IMG/VR virus record: IMGVR_UViG_3300027667_000003
Coordinates: 71,606-110,892 of that record
DNA: 39,287 bases
Source of the DNA: a virus
Direction: 5' to 3' (one strand)
Below the pieces are notes generated by a model. The model was not told the origin of the DNA. It saw only the letters and a program-made list of their open reading frames with translations, and searched no databases. Each line of letters begins with the position of its first letter. The stretch's first letter is position 1. Below, piece after piece: positions 1 through 10,047 of this stretch. A program made the position numbers and the translations under genes.

Positions 1-1
1 C

Positions 2-2821
2 GGGATTAAATGCCTCGTTTGGATTTCCAGTGATGACATCCGGACCCCCGCTCCACGGTACGTTGCTGCCGTTTCCCCCCCAAATTCTTTGAAAGTTATA
101 AACCATGGGAAGAAATGAGGAGGGCGGAGGATCATTTTCATCATCGATCGGCGCAGGAATCAAATTGTTCAATCCGGGGAACTGCACACCCGCAACAGTC
201 ATTGCCACATCAGGAAGAAAATCTTGAAAATTCCATGGCTGAGCTATTCCGGCAATCGGAGGCGGGGCTGGAATTTCAGTCAAAAAGAACATATTATCAG
301 GACCGCCGCCATCCGCATCACGCCAAATAACGATTGTATCGATCTGAGGATCTGTTGAACCCAATCCAGAAATAGTATTAACCGCCCCCGTGTTGGCCCC
401 TGTGATAGTAAAAACAGGAGAAGCCGTAGTGATCAAACCGGTTTGACTACCTGTCGGAACGCCCAATCCGTTGGGATATTGAGCTTGTAATCCTGGAGGA
501 GGATTCGTGTTGTAAAAATCTGTGGCTAATCTGGCCTCATAAGAATAGGCATACACATGGCCTTTAGTCCAAACCAAAGAAAACTGCGAATAAAGCGCAA
601 CTGATTCCCATGTTATCGTATTATCTGTGGTTTTACTTCGTATGGGCACAGTATTCCACACGGGCATAGTTGAACCCGATATGCCGGATGTAACTACCGC
701 TTGGACGTAACCCGCCCCTACAACTTCAGATCCACCAAATGGCTGCGCTTGAGATGGGGGGACAAAACCTACTAAGGGTAATTGCCATTGCGTATTGGCA
801 GTCCAACCAGTCGTTTGATTATAATAGGGACCGACGCAAGTCCACTGCACCCCATTATCTAAAGTAATCGCACCGTAAAATGTGCCCCATGTAGGTGCAG
901 TTGCACCGGTAGTACCACCTATGGTGCATACCTGCATATTCGCGCCATCGAAAATGCAAGAAAATACTTGACCTGGAACCGTAAAGGCTTCAACTACAGT
1001 TGTCGCTGTCCAAGTCGCCGACCCCAAACAAAGCCACTGAAGTTGATTATCTAATGTTACACTACCTGCAATTTGAGATCCCGGTCCTGTGGGCGGAATT
1101 CCACTCCAGGGTGTATAAGTCGTATTTGCTGTTGTACCCGCTGTCGTAGCTCCCAACAAATAAATCGCAGGGCCGGTACCGTTAGCATACGCCGTAAGAT
1201 TTGCACTATTAGGAACAAGAGGAAACACTATTCCGGAATCAAGATTTGATGGATCAGAGCCGGATGCCGCAGGTGTCCACATATTATAGTGTGTGTTTTT
1301 CTTCCAAAGCAAAACACCCGTGGGCTCAACACTGACAACGCCTACACACTCCCAACGAGCATTTCCACCGCCCAAACTTTTGGTATTTGTATCATTTATG
1401 TGTGCCCCGGTGCTGGGGTTCATTATTTGAGATGTGTTAAAAACAGGTTTAGTCGGACCTGAAGTACGCGCTGTACTGTGAGACTGAATAAACAAGGCAT
1501 TTGTAGTCGGATCATAAATGCACTGATCTGGTTGATAAAGTGTGTTTGCGACCCAAAGAGTAATAGGTCCGAAACTCGTCCAAGTTACGGTTCCGTCTGT
1601 TGTTGTCGCCCCAGTTGCAGTATTGAAATTTGGAGCGCCGTTTCCGGATGTCCCTAACGTGGCAGGAGGGGGATTCAGCCCGGTGCCGTTGACCGAATAA
1701 AGTTGTTGTGTGTTTCCATTGGGATCGACGATCAAACCCATAGTGGAAAAAACGGTGGAGGGTTGCCAGGCTGTAGCCGCGCTTCCTGACTCTACGATCG
1801 TAACAGTGGGTTGTGCTAAAGGAGTATAACTTCCCCATTGCCAAACGTTATCGTTATTATTTCCGTTTATATTGCTGGGGGTATACTTACGAACATCAAC
1901 ACCGTCGCCCATATAAAGAACGCCGGCAACGGCCACAAAATATGTTTGACCCGCACCCGGAGATTTCGCAAAAAGAAGAATCTTATCTGTTGAAGTTGCG
2001 GTAGCGGCGGCCGTATCAGTTGTTGCCAAAGGATTGGAAAGAATCAAATAAGAACTTGTAGAACCCGTGCAAAGAAAAATACCATTGTTATTGGTTTGAT
2101 CGAATCCCTCTACATTAAAAATCTGACCGGCAAAACCGTTCAATGCGGCGGTAGGCTGGTTTAAAGTAAAATGATAAAAAGCAACGTTGCTGATCTCATC
2201 CACCGCAGACAAAGCATAAGAAGGTCCGTCGTTCTGTTGATCTATATAAACCGCCCCAGAAGAAACGGCCGTAGCCGGGGCAACATCGGTAACTGCTTTG
2301 GTGTTGTTAAGTATGAGATAGGTGGTTGTAGAACCTATACAAGTGAACGGTCCGTTGTTCAAACCATTGTCAAAACCTTGCACATTAAAAATCAAACCCT
2401 CATATGCATTATTATCTGCACAACTAATCGGCGAAGTAAAAATGTAATAGGCTACACCGCTCACTTCATTTACAGCGGACAAATTAAAGGTCGGAGTTGA
2501 AGAAGTATCAATAATTACTTGGATTGTTCCGTTGGTGAGTTGAAACGAAAAAGCACGATCAGGGGGAGTAGGATACGATGCAATAGAAAACGGAGTCAGA
2601 CCGGGACGGCGTTGAAGTGTTAATCGATTAGTTAACTCGATATTTGATCCTGCCAAAAGTGCGTCGGGACGACCGCCGTAAAAACGAGAAGTAGCAATAT
2701 CAGAAGGATCATGCAGCACTGAGCGCTGCGTCCAGATTCCACTAAACATCCGATCCATGAAGATCGGTGCATATTTAGGTGCCTTCTGAGGTTGTGCCCC
2801 AGCGGTTTGAAGTAAATTCAT
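2..2821 (-). CDS. Large tail protein (nozzle/tail-tube-B-like with accessory repeat modules), 3' end outside window
   Basis: Not in ORF track because it is truncated. Manual translation from ATG 2821 (MNLLQTAGAQPQKAPKYAPIFMDRMFSG...LTNRLTLQRRPG) stays open to the window edge (~940 codons). Thr/Gly/Trp-rich with repeated 'T.DG.v.W.c.G' modules; follows two adaptor-like genes. Product inferred from position and composition. Confidence 0.7.
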   Translation of the reverse strand, partial: MNLLQTAGAQPQKAPKYAPIFMDRMFSGIWTQRSVLHDPSDIATSRFYGGRPDALLAGSNIELTNRLTLQRRPGLTPFSIASYPTPPDRAFSFQLTNGTIQVIIDTSSTPTFNLSAVNEVSGVAYYIFTSPISCADNNAYEGLIFNVQGFDNGLNNGPFTCIGSTTTYLILNNTKAVTDVAPATAVSSGAVYIDQQNDGPSYALSAVDEISNVAFYHFTLNQPTAALNGFAGQIFNVEGFDQTNNNGIFLCTGSTSSYLILSNPLATTDTAAATATSTDKILLFAKSPGAGQTYFVAVAGVLYMGDGVDVRKYTPSNINGNNNDNVWQWGSYTPLAQPTVTIVESGSAATAWQPSTVFSTMGLIVDPNGNTQQLYSVNGTGLNPPPATLGTSGNGAPNFNTATGATTTDGTVTWTSFGPITLWVANTLYQPDQCIYDPTTNALFIQSHSTARTSGPTKPVFNTSQIMNPSTGAHINDTNTKSLGGGNARWECVGVVSVEPTGVLLWKKNTHYNMWTPAASGSDPSNLDSGIVFPLVPNSANLTAYANGTGPAIYLLGATTAGTTANTTYTPWSGIPPTGPGSQIAGSVTLDNQLQWLCLGSATWTATTVVEAFTVPGQVFSCIFDGANMQVCTIGGTTGATAPTWGTFYGAITLDNGVQWTCVGPYYNQTTGWTANTQWQLPLVGFVPPSQAQPFGGSEVVGAGYVQAVVTSGISGSTMPVWNTVPIRSKTTDNTITWESVALYSQFSLVWTKGHVYAYSYEARLATDFYNTNPPPGLQAQYPNGLGVPTGSQTGLITTASPVFTITGANTGAVNTISGLGSTDPQIDTIVIWRDADGGGPDNMFFLTEIPAPPPIAGIAQPWNFQDFLPDVAMTVAGVQFPGLNNLIPAPIDDENDPPPSSFLPMVYNFQRIWGGNGSNVPWSGGPDVITGNPNEAFNP

Positions 2822-2935
2822 TTATTTTTTCTTTAGAGGTACAACTTTTGTAATACTAACGATCCCCTGTTGCCTTAATTGAAGCATTAAACTGCGACCC
2901 GCTGCCGCTCTAGTTGCTTGACCTGGCGATGCCAT
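2822..2935 (-). CDS. Small basic hypothetical protein (37 aa, MASPGQATRAAAGRSLMLQLRQQGIVSITKVVPLKKK)
   Basis: AAGGAG RBS upstream; stop abuts the ATG of the tail gene. Confidence 0.6.
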   Translation of the reverse strand: MASPGQATRAAAGRSLMLQLRQQGIVSITKVVPLKKK

Positions 2936-2954
2936 TTATATCTCTCCTTATATA

Positions 2955-3524
2955 TTAATTCTTTTTAGCTGCGTTTCTGTTTCCCCACCGTCTCTTAGAC
3001 TCTCCGATAGCTGATTTTCCACCTAATCTACACGTTTCTACAGAAGGTCTAATTCCCCGAGCTTTCAATGTTTCACTAATCTTTTTACGCTGTTCAATAG
3101 GCACAATTCTACCTTTGGTGGGACTTCCAAATTGTTTCACCCTTCTTTTTTGACCCTCACTCATTTTTCTTAGGGTTTCTAAAGAATAAAGACCTTTTTT
3201 ACCGCTATTCCAAGCGGACATACCAGATCTACCCCCACCCCCGGCCGCTAAATTGTAGCCGATAGATCTATCTTGAGTTCTCAGTTCTGATATCAGCGAT
3301 TTTTCATAGTAATCTAAATCTTTATGGCTGTGCATAACAGCAAGAGCTTCGATCTCAAAAGCTTCTATCCCATATTTACGAATCGCATTATATAAGAAAG
3401 GTCTTCCTGTTTCCCCATTTAAAGCGTTCCAACATACGCGATAAAAATAATCTTTCACTTTTTGAGTAGTCTGCCCAATGTAAATCTTACCGTTAACTTT
3501 GTTACGTATAACATAAATTTGCAT
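2955..3524 (-). CDS. GIY-YIG homing endonuclease with NUMOD3-like C-terminal repeats (free-standing)
   Basis: MQIYVIRNKVNGKIYIGQT, LYNAIRKYG, E...I, GYNL..GG motifs; likely start ATG 3524, 1 nt after the upstream stop. Confidence 0.9.
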   Translation of the reverse strand: MQIYVIRNKVNGKIYIGQTTQKVKDYFYRVCWNALNGETGRPFLYNAIRKYGIEAFEIEALAVMHSHKDLDYYEKSLISELRTQDRSIGYNLAAGGGGRSGMSAWNSGKKGLYSLETLRKMSEGQKRRVKQFGSPTKGRIVPIEQRKKISETLKARGIRPSVETCRLGGKSAIGESKRRWGNRNAAKKN

Positions 3525-3525
3525 T

Positions 3526-4476
3526 TTATACGCCACGTGCTGCGGATCCTTGCTGTGTACGAAGTTGTGCGCCCATCATTTGAGAAGATCCGCGAGATAC
3601 CCACTGTGCTAAGAAAGCATTGGTTTGCATCTCAGTCAAACCTTCGGCCTTTGACAAAAGAGCAGCAATGCCGCGCTGACGGTAATACTGACCTGTTGCA
3701 TCAACGACATCCATTGCTTCAGCTAAAAATAAATTGTTGAAAATATCCATAAAACTATCGGGTATCGGATACCAACTGTGGTTAATCGCGAATGCCTCTG
3801 TGGTTTCCGCCACTCCGTTCGGATTCGCTAATATCAAAGTGGTTGGAGTAACCGATACAATATTAAAAGATCCGTTATTCACCGCACTGTTAAAATTTAC
3901 TATTAAAGCAGGTTGCCCAACAGTGAACAAAGTAGGATTGAAAGTTCCTGTGTACGTTGTATTTCCACCCGCGGCCATTGCTACTGAATCAATATCGAAC
4001 TGTTGAAATGGCAATGCCAATTTTTGATAAGTTAACGTACCTGTATAAGCTTGATCCGGGTTACTCAAAAATCGTAGAGCCATACTTACGCCCGGTATGT
4101 AAAGCTTCACAGATGCGGCATTAGGTTGGGCTTGTGCAGATTCCGCAGGAACACCTAAAATATTTCTATTGTAGATATCTTTAAGCTCATAACCATATGC
4201 GCCGTCTTCACTCAACAATGAAACTTTTTCTAGATAAGCGAAATCTGTGATTGGAAAAACATAATCTTGTGTGCCGGCTGTTAAAGATTTGGGGGTATTT
4301 GGCGATCCAATGGCCCACTCATTGCGGTTCCAAGGCCAGGTGAAAGGAGAATTCATAATAGTGCTGCGGATCATTGACGCGATAGAGAGCGCAGGTTCGA
4401 AACCGGCACCGGCCGTAAGAGGCGAGTACTCAATATACGTCTGTGAAAAATTAATAGTTTGTGTTAAAGTATACAT
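3526..4476 (-). CDS. Virion structural protein, putative head-tail adaptor (paralog 2)
   Basis: 316 aa; 'IMNSPFTWPWN' motif shared with upstream paralog; located between fibre genes and tail gene. Confidence 0.6.
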   Translation of the reverse strand: MYTLTQTINFSQTYIEYSPLTAGAGFEPALSIASMIRSTIMNSPFTWPWNRNEWAIGSPNTPKSLTAGTQDYVFPITDFAYLEKVSLLSEDGAYGYELKDIYNRNILGVPAESAQAQPNAASVKLYIPGVSMALRFLSNPDQAYTGTLTYQKLALPFQQFDIDSVAMAAGGNTTYTGTFNPTLFTVGQPALIVNFNSAVNNGSFNIVSVTPTTLILANPNGVAETTEAFAINHSWYPIPDSFMDIFNNLFLAEAMDVVDATGQYYRQRGIAALLSKAEGLTEMQTNAFLAQWVSRGSSQMMGAQLRTQQGSAARGV

Positions 4477-4485
4477 GAAATCCCT

Positions 4486-5571
4486 TTAATTTATGGGATA
4501 CGGAAACGGCCACTGCGGACCTGTGAATCGATTGCGTCCCGGCTGTCCACCCATGATGCCGCGATCCGGCGTAAATACGTTTTCTTCTAATTCACGATCG
4601 GACTTCTTGCGGCAATCTTCTAAAGCTTTTATAGCCAGTTGCCACTCATCTTTAAATTTGGCGCGGACAGATTTATCATTTGAGTATCGATAACATTGGG
4701 CGATAAACATCTGTCGGAAGTTCGGTTCATACTGATCCGGCAAAGGAAACAAAGTCTGCTGTAAAGTTTTAAATCGAATGGGCAACGCTTGCCCCCAAAG
4801 ATTGAATTGCCACACAACGGAAGTCTGCGTTGGCACAGGAAGAATTCTAAAACCCATACCGTTCGGATCCACAACGGTCCACTGGGTAGTTGCTCCTGCT
4901 CCAAAAACAACCGTACCGGGAAGAGCGTTGGGCGGAGCTAGGGGCGCTGCCGTTCCTTCCGCACCATAACCGGTAAGCACAAGAAAATTTCCGTTAGCAT
5001 CTTGAATTTGAGTAACGGGATTGGCCGGCATACTTTGATTAACCCCATACGGACTGATGTAAATCGAACCGGGAAGTGGGTTGTTTCCCAAGGATGCATT
5101 GCCGTCCTGAAATTCGCCCCAAACTCCGTAATAGAGACTTGTATTTGGAAACCAATTACACAAAAACATGGGATCGCTAAGCGACCAATTAAAAAAAGTT
5201 CCTGTAGCTTGTGGCAACTGGCGACCGACCTCAACCAGCCTATAAGGTTTGGGCTGCGCAGAATTATTGATGTCAATGACTATGCCTCTTTCAAGCCAGC
5301 CCAAATTTGTAACTGATTTTCCATTGGGGTAGATGCCTGCATAATCCTGTTGGTATGAATTTGTTACAAATTGTGGCATCTCAATGTCATTAAATTTCCA
5401 AGGAAAGGGCTCGGAGATAATGGCATTCATAACATCATTAGCGATCGATAGGGGTAACTCTATGCTCGATCCCGCAACGTTCAGAATAGGTTCAATATCT
5501 CCCATTCCTTTTGCGATGTTAATAATTGTCTGAAGCTTAACCGTTGATTGTGTGTTTACATATCCTGCCAT
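4486..5571 (-). CDS. Virion structural protein, putative head-tail adaptor (paralog 1)
   Basis: Start probably MAGYVNTQ at 5571 (GAGG RBS); 'IISEPFPWKFN' motif; helical C-terminus. Confidence 0.6.
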   Translation of the reverse strand: MAGYVNTQSTVKLQTIINIAKGMGDIEPILNVAGSSIELPLSIANDVMNAIISEPFPWKFNDIEMPQFVTNSYQQDYAGIYPNGKSVTNLGWLERGIVIDINNSAQPKPYRLVEVGRQLPQATGTFFNWSLSDPMFLCNWFPNTSLYYGVWGEFQDGNASLGNNPLPGSIYISPYGVNQSMPANPVTQIQDANGNFLVLTGYGAEGTAAPLAPPNALPGTVVFGAGATTQWTVVDPNGMGFRILPVPTQTSVVWQFNLWGQALPIRFKTLQQTLFPLPDQYEPNFRQMFIAQCYRYSNDKSVRAKFKDEWQLAIKALEDCRKKSDRELEENVFTPDRGIMGGQPGRNRFTGPQWPFPYPIN

Positions 5572-5573
5572 TT

Positions 5574-6872
5574 TTATTCCTCTGTCCATTCAAAATCAAC
5601 TGTAACTGTTTGGGTAGCCACTACCGCCGATAAATTCACACAAACTTGTTGTGCTACTCCGCGAAGAACAATAGTGGAATTTCCGGCACCGGTACCGAAT
5701 GACCATAAAACAACTGGGGATGCTTGTGCTTGGTTCCCTGAACTAACAGGATCTAACAATGTCAAAGTTGAAACTGCTCCTACAGCAGTTCCCAATGTAG
5801 GTGCAGCAGTGTATTGGAGTGGAACAGAACTTGCAGCAGCATAAGTAGAATCTAAAGGAACAGCGGTCATGTTCGCATGGGTGCCGCTTGTATCCGCTGT
5901 TGACCTTTTCACCAGCGAGGCATTTATAGATGCCGTCGTTCCTGTTGTATTCAAAGAGATAGCAACACGCGTTACTCGAATTGTTTTTGTGGCACTTCCG
6001 GGTAAAACAGCGATGTCACCCGCAACAGGGGTAAATACTGCTGATGCACGATATGTCGCTTTTCGACCTTCAGAATTCACATATGCCGCGCCCGTAGTAT
6101 CACATTGTTGAGCAGCAGATTGCCCTGTAGTGAGAACAGGAATGGTGGAATTATAGACTCTGAGAGTCGCCAGCCCGTTTGCGGGAGCGGTCGCGGCCGT
6201 AATAACACCATCTAAAATTGCTCCTGCATTTCCAAGTACATCGATCTTACCGATAATATTAGCTCCGGCTGGTAGTGCGTTGGTGATTGCCGTTACTGCG
6301 GTCACCGTAGAGACTGTCCCAATGTTGAAAGCATCCACGCCCGTAGCAACAATGATGGCTCCACGAGCAGTGCTTTGCGCCTCAACCGTCTGACCCGTTG
6401 TGACCGTGGGCTGCGTGGTATTAAATACGCCTCCAATTTGAACAGGATTTCCTGCCTTAGCCGCGCTAGAAGCAGAGTCCCCTTGAATCGTTTGAAGCGC
6501 GGGAAAATTAGAAACAGCAATCGTCCCGCTCACAGGTTGAGTCGCAGGGAAATTTGAAATAGAAACTGTTCCACCAACAATCCAGGGTGATGTCGTCTGA
6601 GTCACAGGCTGAAACTGAGGACTACTATAAGTTCCGTCGGCTAACGATAATGCAATTGAGATTGCCCCAGTAAAAGCCGTGATAAAAGTAAACACTGCGT
6701 TCGATCCAGATACAGCAACTGAGATATTGGAACTCACGTCCGCACCTAGAGCATTAAACGCGCTTACCAAAGAAATTCCTGTAGGAGTCAGTGGTAACGC
6801 CACATTGGCGGACAAGGATACCCCGTCGCCGTTGATAGTGAGTAGTAACGGGAATGAAGGTAAGTTTGCCAT
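5574..6872 (-). CDS. Virion fibre/decoration protein
   Basis: 432 aa, Ala/Thr/Val/Gly-rich beta-type composition, 'SNFPA.Q.VSG' repeats, C-terminal ...WTEE. Confidence 0.6.
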   Translation of the reverse strand: MANLPSFPLLLTINGDGVSLSANVALPLTPTGISLVSAFNALGADVSSNISVAVSGSNAVFTFITAFTGAISIALSLADGTYSSPQFQPVTQTTSPWIVGGTVSISNFPATQPVSGTIAVSNFPALQTIQGDSASSAAKAGNPVQIGGVFNTTQPTVTTGQTVEAQSTARGAIIVATGVDAFNIGTVSTVTAVTAITNALPAGANIIGKIDVLGNAGAILDGVITAATAPANGLATLRVYNSTIPVLTTGQSAAQQCDTTGAAYVNSEGRKATYRASAVFTPVAGDIAVLPGSATKTIRVTRVAISLNTTGTTASINASLVKRSTADTSGTHANMTAVPLDSTYAAASSVPLQYTAAPTLGTAVGAVSTLTLLDPVSSGNQAQASPVVLWSFGTGAGNSTIVLRGVAQQVCVNLSAVVATQTVTVDFEWTEE

Positions 6873-6884
6873 CGGATTTCCTTT

Positions 6885-7175
6885 TTAGACGAGATATCCT
6901 AAATTAAATGTGATCGTGGCCGACCCAGTGAAAGCGGATGAAAAGGTGATAAGAACCTGCTTCCCGTTTTTGGACAGCGTCGCTGATGCGGGTATGTTAC
7001 CTGATGTTTGGCTAAACACCACGGGTGTCGAGACTGAACTGGGTTGAGGGTTGAAATTTGAAATATTTACATGGCTTGTATAAAACGGGGTACTATCCAG
7101 AACAATCGTGGCGGTCGTGGATGACCCATCGCCCAATACCTGAATTAAAATTCCAACATAGGATTGGTTTGCCAT
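6885..7175 (-). CDS. Small beta-rich structural protein
   Basis: 96 aa; resembles the N-terminal domain of 5574..6872 (GDG.S...F..AFTG). Confidence 0.55.
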   Translation of the reverse strand: MANQSYVGILIQVLGDGSSTTATIVLDSTPFYTSHVNISNFNPQPSSVSTPVVFSQTSGNIPASATLSKNGKQVLITFSSAFTGSATITFNLGYLV

Positions 7176-9338
7176 TTATTCCTCAGTCCCACATACTATG
7201 ATATTTACCAAACCAACAGTGACAGCGGCAGATAGATTTATGTTGAGCGCATTTCCAGCTGCCGCCGAAATATATCCGTTTCCCAAGTCAATCCATCCTG
7301 TAGAATAGCCACCAAAAACATTGGTTATAGCGGATGATGGAACGAACGCCGTGAAAGAAACTCCACCGTTGGTTGTATTACTCGCAGCAGGCACGTTTGC
7401 GTTCAGTGCAGTACCCGCATCATTAAGAGATATAGTTAGATTTCCTCCGGCAGTTAAAGCATTCGCCATGACATCAATCATGAATCGCATCAAACGAAAC
7501 TTCTTCCCTGTCGGCGTCCAGACCGCTGTGTTTCCCGTCGCCTGTGTACTTATTGTTTTGAAAACGGTAGGCGTTCTAAGACCAGCAAATTTTATATTAC
7601 TGCCATCTGTTGCAACCCACATTCCAACAGACAACACTTGATGAGTGCCATTAGGCGCGAGGACCGCTCCACTTGTGGCTGTACCATCAGGAGGCGCGTT
7701 ACCATCAACGATAGCAACTGGCACTATATTAGTAATAAGTGGTGCCGTACCTTGTCCCGCGATGGTTGTAACACCAGCTATAGCCTGAATATATGGACGA
7801 AAAACACAAAAAGTTAACGCCCACGGCTCCGAGCCTGCAAGCAGAGCCAACGGAGCATTCGTAGCAAATGTTTGCTGCAGCGGCGAAACACCAGAACCCG
7901 CTGCAAAGGAAAATAATCCAGCAGGAGTAGTCGGATTAACTTGTCCCGAATCGTTAGTCAAAATTTCAGTAAACGGAACACTAGTAGCGACGGGCAATGT
8001 TATATTTTGCGTTGCGGTTCCGACTGCGACCCCAGCAATCATAAAACCGTTAGGCATTGTCTGCACAGCAGAAGCACCCAAGGTTGCAGATGCTGACGTT
8101 GCTGCGTTCGCTGAAAATGCTTCTGGAACCACCCCTGGAGCCAAGCCAGTTACTTCATAAATCTCAGCAGCCATCGAAGCAGCAGCGCCGCTATTTGTGA
8201 CAGTGATGGTGTTCGCGCCCGCTGATTTACTTTTACACCAAAATGTTCCAATGCCAAATGCGTTGGCAGGGCCTACCTGGTAAGCACCAGTTAGTATATA
8301 AACATTTCCCAGTGTATCCGCAACTGTGGGAGTGTTGCTGACTCCAACTGCGACAACAACGATAAGAGTGTTACCTTTCTTGACTGGATTGGGAAACGCA
8401 CAAGCTAGGGACGACACAGAGCCAGTAGATGAGAACGCCGCCTTCTGTACCGCCGTAGGCACTCCACCCAAAATCACGCGAGTATTGCCATTCAAATCCT
8501 CTGATAATAATACTTGACTGCCCTCAGTGTTGACTGGTGCAGTTTGATTTACAAGCGCATTACTATCAATAGCCACAAATAACTGTGTACTGGGTTGATT
8601 TATTAAAGTGACAGGTATGGCACTTTGATCAGTTGCAAGAACTACTGGAATAGAATTCGCGCTAGTTTTTTGACCCAAACTAACCGCGCTGCCTCCAACT
8701 TGTGTAATGTTTGTTGAAGCATTGGCCGGAGGAGTCGTAATTACTGTACCGCTAATCGGTTGAACAGCAGGAAAATTATCAACAGCCACAAATAGTTGTG
8801 TGCTGGGTTGATTTATTAAAGTGACCGGTATAGCGCTTTGATCGGTTGCTAAAACTACAGGGATGGAATTTGCACTATTTTTTTGACCTAAAGAAACTGC
8901 ACCGCCCCCGATCTGAATAATATTTGCGGGCAGAGGGTTTGTAGGAGAAACATTCTGTAAATTCCCCGCGCCGTTAACAATACCAATTTCAGTTGCGGAA
9001 GTCGGAGCCGCAGCGCCGGTTAAACCCACACTAGGATTTGACGCTGAAATAGTTCCGGTAATAGGAAGAGGATTCGCGGCACTTACACCCACTAAATTAC
9101 CACCAACAATTATACCAATCTCTGTAGCAGATGTGGGTGCTGGAACACCCGTGGGTCCAACACTGGCATTGCTAGCGCCGCCGCCGCCCGCAACAACACT
9201 GACAAGAAGATTGCCTTCATTATCAACTTGCAAAGACATCGCTTGTTGATCTGCGGGCGCAGGAGTTGTGACATTATAAGTTCCGGCAACCGGAATCGAA
9301 GTTGTCGGTCGTGAACTATTTGTAGGTCCGGTGCCCAT
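7176..9338 (-). CDS. Virion fibre/decoration protein with internal repeats
   Basis: 720 aa, Ala/Thr/Gly-rich; two pairs of internal repeats; C-terminal ...GTEE. Confidence 0.65.
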   Translation of the reverse strand: MGTGPTNSSRPTTSIPVAGTYNVTTPAPADQQAMSLQVDNEGNLLVSVVAGGGGASNASVGPTGVPAPTSATEIGIIVGGNLVGVSAANPLPITGTISASNPSVGLTGAAAPTSATEIGIVNGAGNLQNVSPTNPLPANIIQIGGGAVSLGQKNSANSIPVVLATDQSAIPVTLINQPSTQLFVAVDNFPAVQPISGTVITTPPANASTNITQVGGSAVSLGQKTSANSIPVVLATDQSAIPVTLINQPSTQLFVAIDSNALVNQTAPVNTEGSQVLLSEDLNGNTRVILGGVPTAVQKAAFSSTGSVSSLACAFPNPVKKGNTLIVVVAVGVSNTPTVADTLGNVYILTGAYQVGPANAFGIGTFWCKSKSAGANTITVTNSGAAASMAAEIYEVTGLAPGVVPEAFSANAATSASATLGASAVQTMPNGFMIAGVAVGTATQNITLPVATSVPFTEILTNDSGQVNPTTPAGLFSFAAGSGVSPLQQTFATNAPLALLAGSEPWALTFCVFRPYIQAIAGVTTIAGQGTAPLITNIVPVAIVDGNAPPDGTATSGAVLAPNGTHQVLSVGMWVATDGSNIKFAGLRTPTVFKTISTQATGNTAVWTPTGKKFRLMRFMIDVMANALTAGGNLTISLNDAGTALNANVPAASNTTNGGVSFTAFVPSSAITNVFGGYSTGWIDLGNGYISAAAGNALNINLSAAVTVGLVNIIVCGTEE
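8571..8920 (-). repeat. Internal ~45-codon duplication (Q[IV]GG.AVSLGQK.SANSIPVVLATDQSAIPVTLINQPSTQLFVA x2)
   Basis: Near-identical peptide and DNA repeats at ~8571-8710 and ~8781-8920. Confidence 0.85.
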
Positions 9339-9901
9339 TATACTTTACCATCCAAACGTATAACTTGTCTCGATTCTCTATCCCAAACAGCCTTTCCGTG
9401 ATTAGCCGCAACACTTACACGAGCCGCCTGTGCAACAACCTCAGAAGCTTTATTAGCCGCCTCTTGAATTTTCTCATGTGTAGCCGCGTTCAATTTATGT
9501 GCCTCTACGTTTGATTGATGTGCTTCGATAAGAGAGGCAGTAGAATTCGCGTGACCTTGCTCAATATTCCCCAATGTCTCAACAATCGCTCGATGAGTTT
9601 CTTTCGTAGTTTCAACAATCGCTCTGTGAGTTTCTTTCGCAGTTGTAACCACAGATTTATTAACGTGTTCTTGAGCCGCAGCTAATTGCGACAAAGAACT
9701 CGTATGAGCGTATGTAATATCCGAAAGAACTTTCTTAAACTGATCTTCATCAAACTGTTGACGATCTTTCAACGCCGTAACAAAATCGGTGATGGCCGCA
9801 TCTCGACGACTCATGAATTTATATGCAAAAACAGAAAACACAACGAACGCAGCATCGGTAAAAATCAAAGAAAAAACTAAAATAGTTTGGGGAGTTATCA
9901 T
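9338..9901 (-). CDS. Membrane-anchored coiled-coil protein
   Basis: N-terminal hydrophobic helix, helical body with KETHRAIVET repeated twice; GGAGG RBS. Confidence 0.7.
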   Translation of the reverse strand: MITPQTILVFSLIFTDAAFVVFSVFAYKFMSRRDAAITDFVTALKDRQQFDEDQFKKVLSDITYAHTSSLSQLAAAQEHVNKSVVTTAKETHRAIVETTKETHRAIVETLGNIEQGHANSTASLIEAHQSNVEAHKLNAATHEKIQEAANKASEVVAQAARVSVAANHGKAVWDRESRQVIRLDGKV

Positions 9902-9973
9902 TGCGCCTCCAGCCGAGTCGGGAATACAATGATTAAAAAAGAGGAGACAATCGAATTCATTCTAGCCTCGGAA

Positions 9974-10005
9974 GAAAAATAAAAGAGGCGAGATGACCCG
10001 CCTCT
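9974..10005 (-). terminator. Rho-independent terminator
   Basis: AGAGGCG-GGTCATCT-CGCCTCT followed by TTTATTTTT on the minus strand, downstream of the head gene block. Confidence 0.7.
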
Positions 10006-10047
10006 ATCTTTAATTTAGAAACTACTTTATCGAGTAATGACCGAAGT

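Noticed and set aside
3525-3580. Searched for a kissing-loop element before the fifth endonuclease (GIY-YIG 2955..3524)
   Set aside because: Absent; this gene is coupled directly to the upstream stop codon, so the motif is not universal
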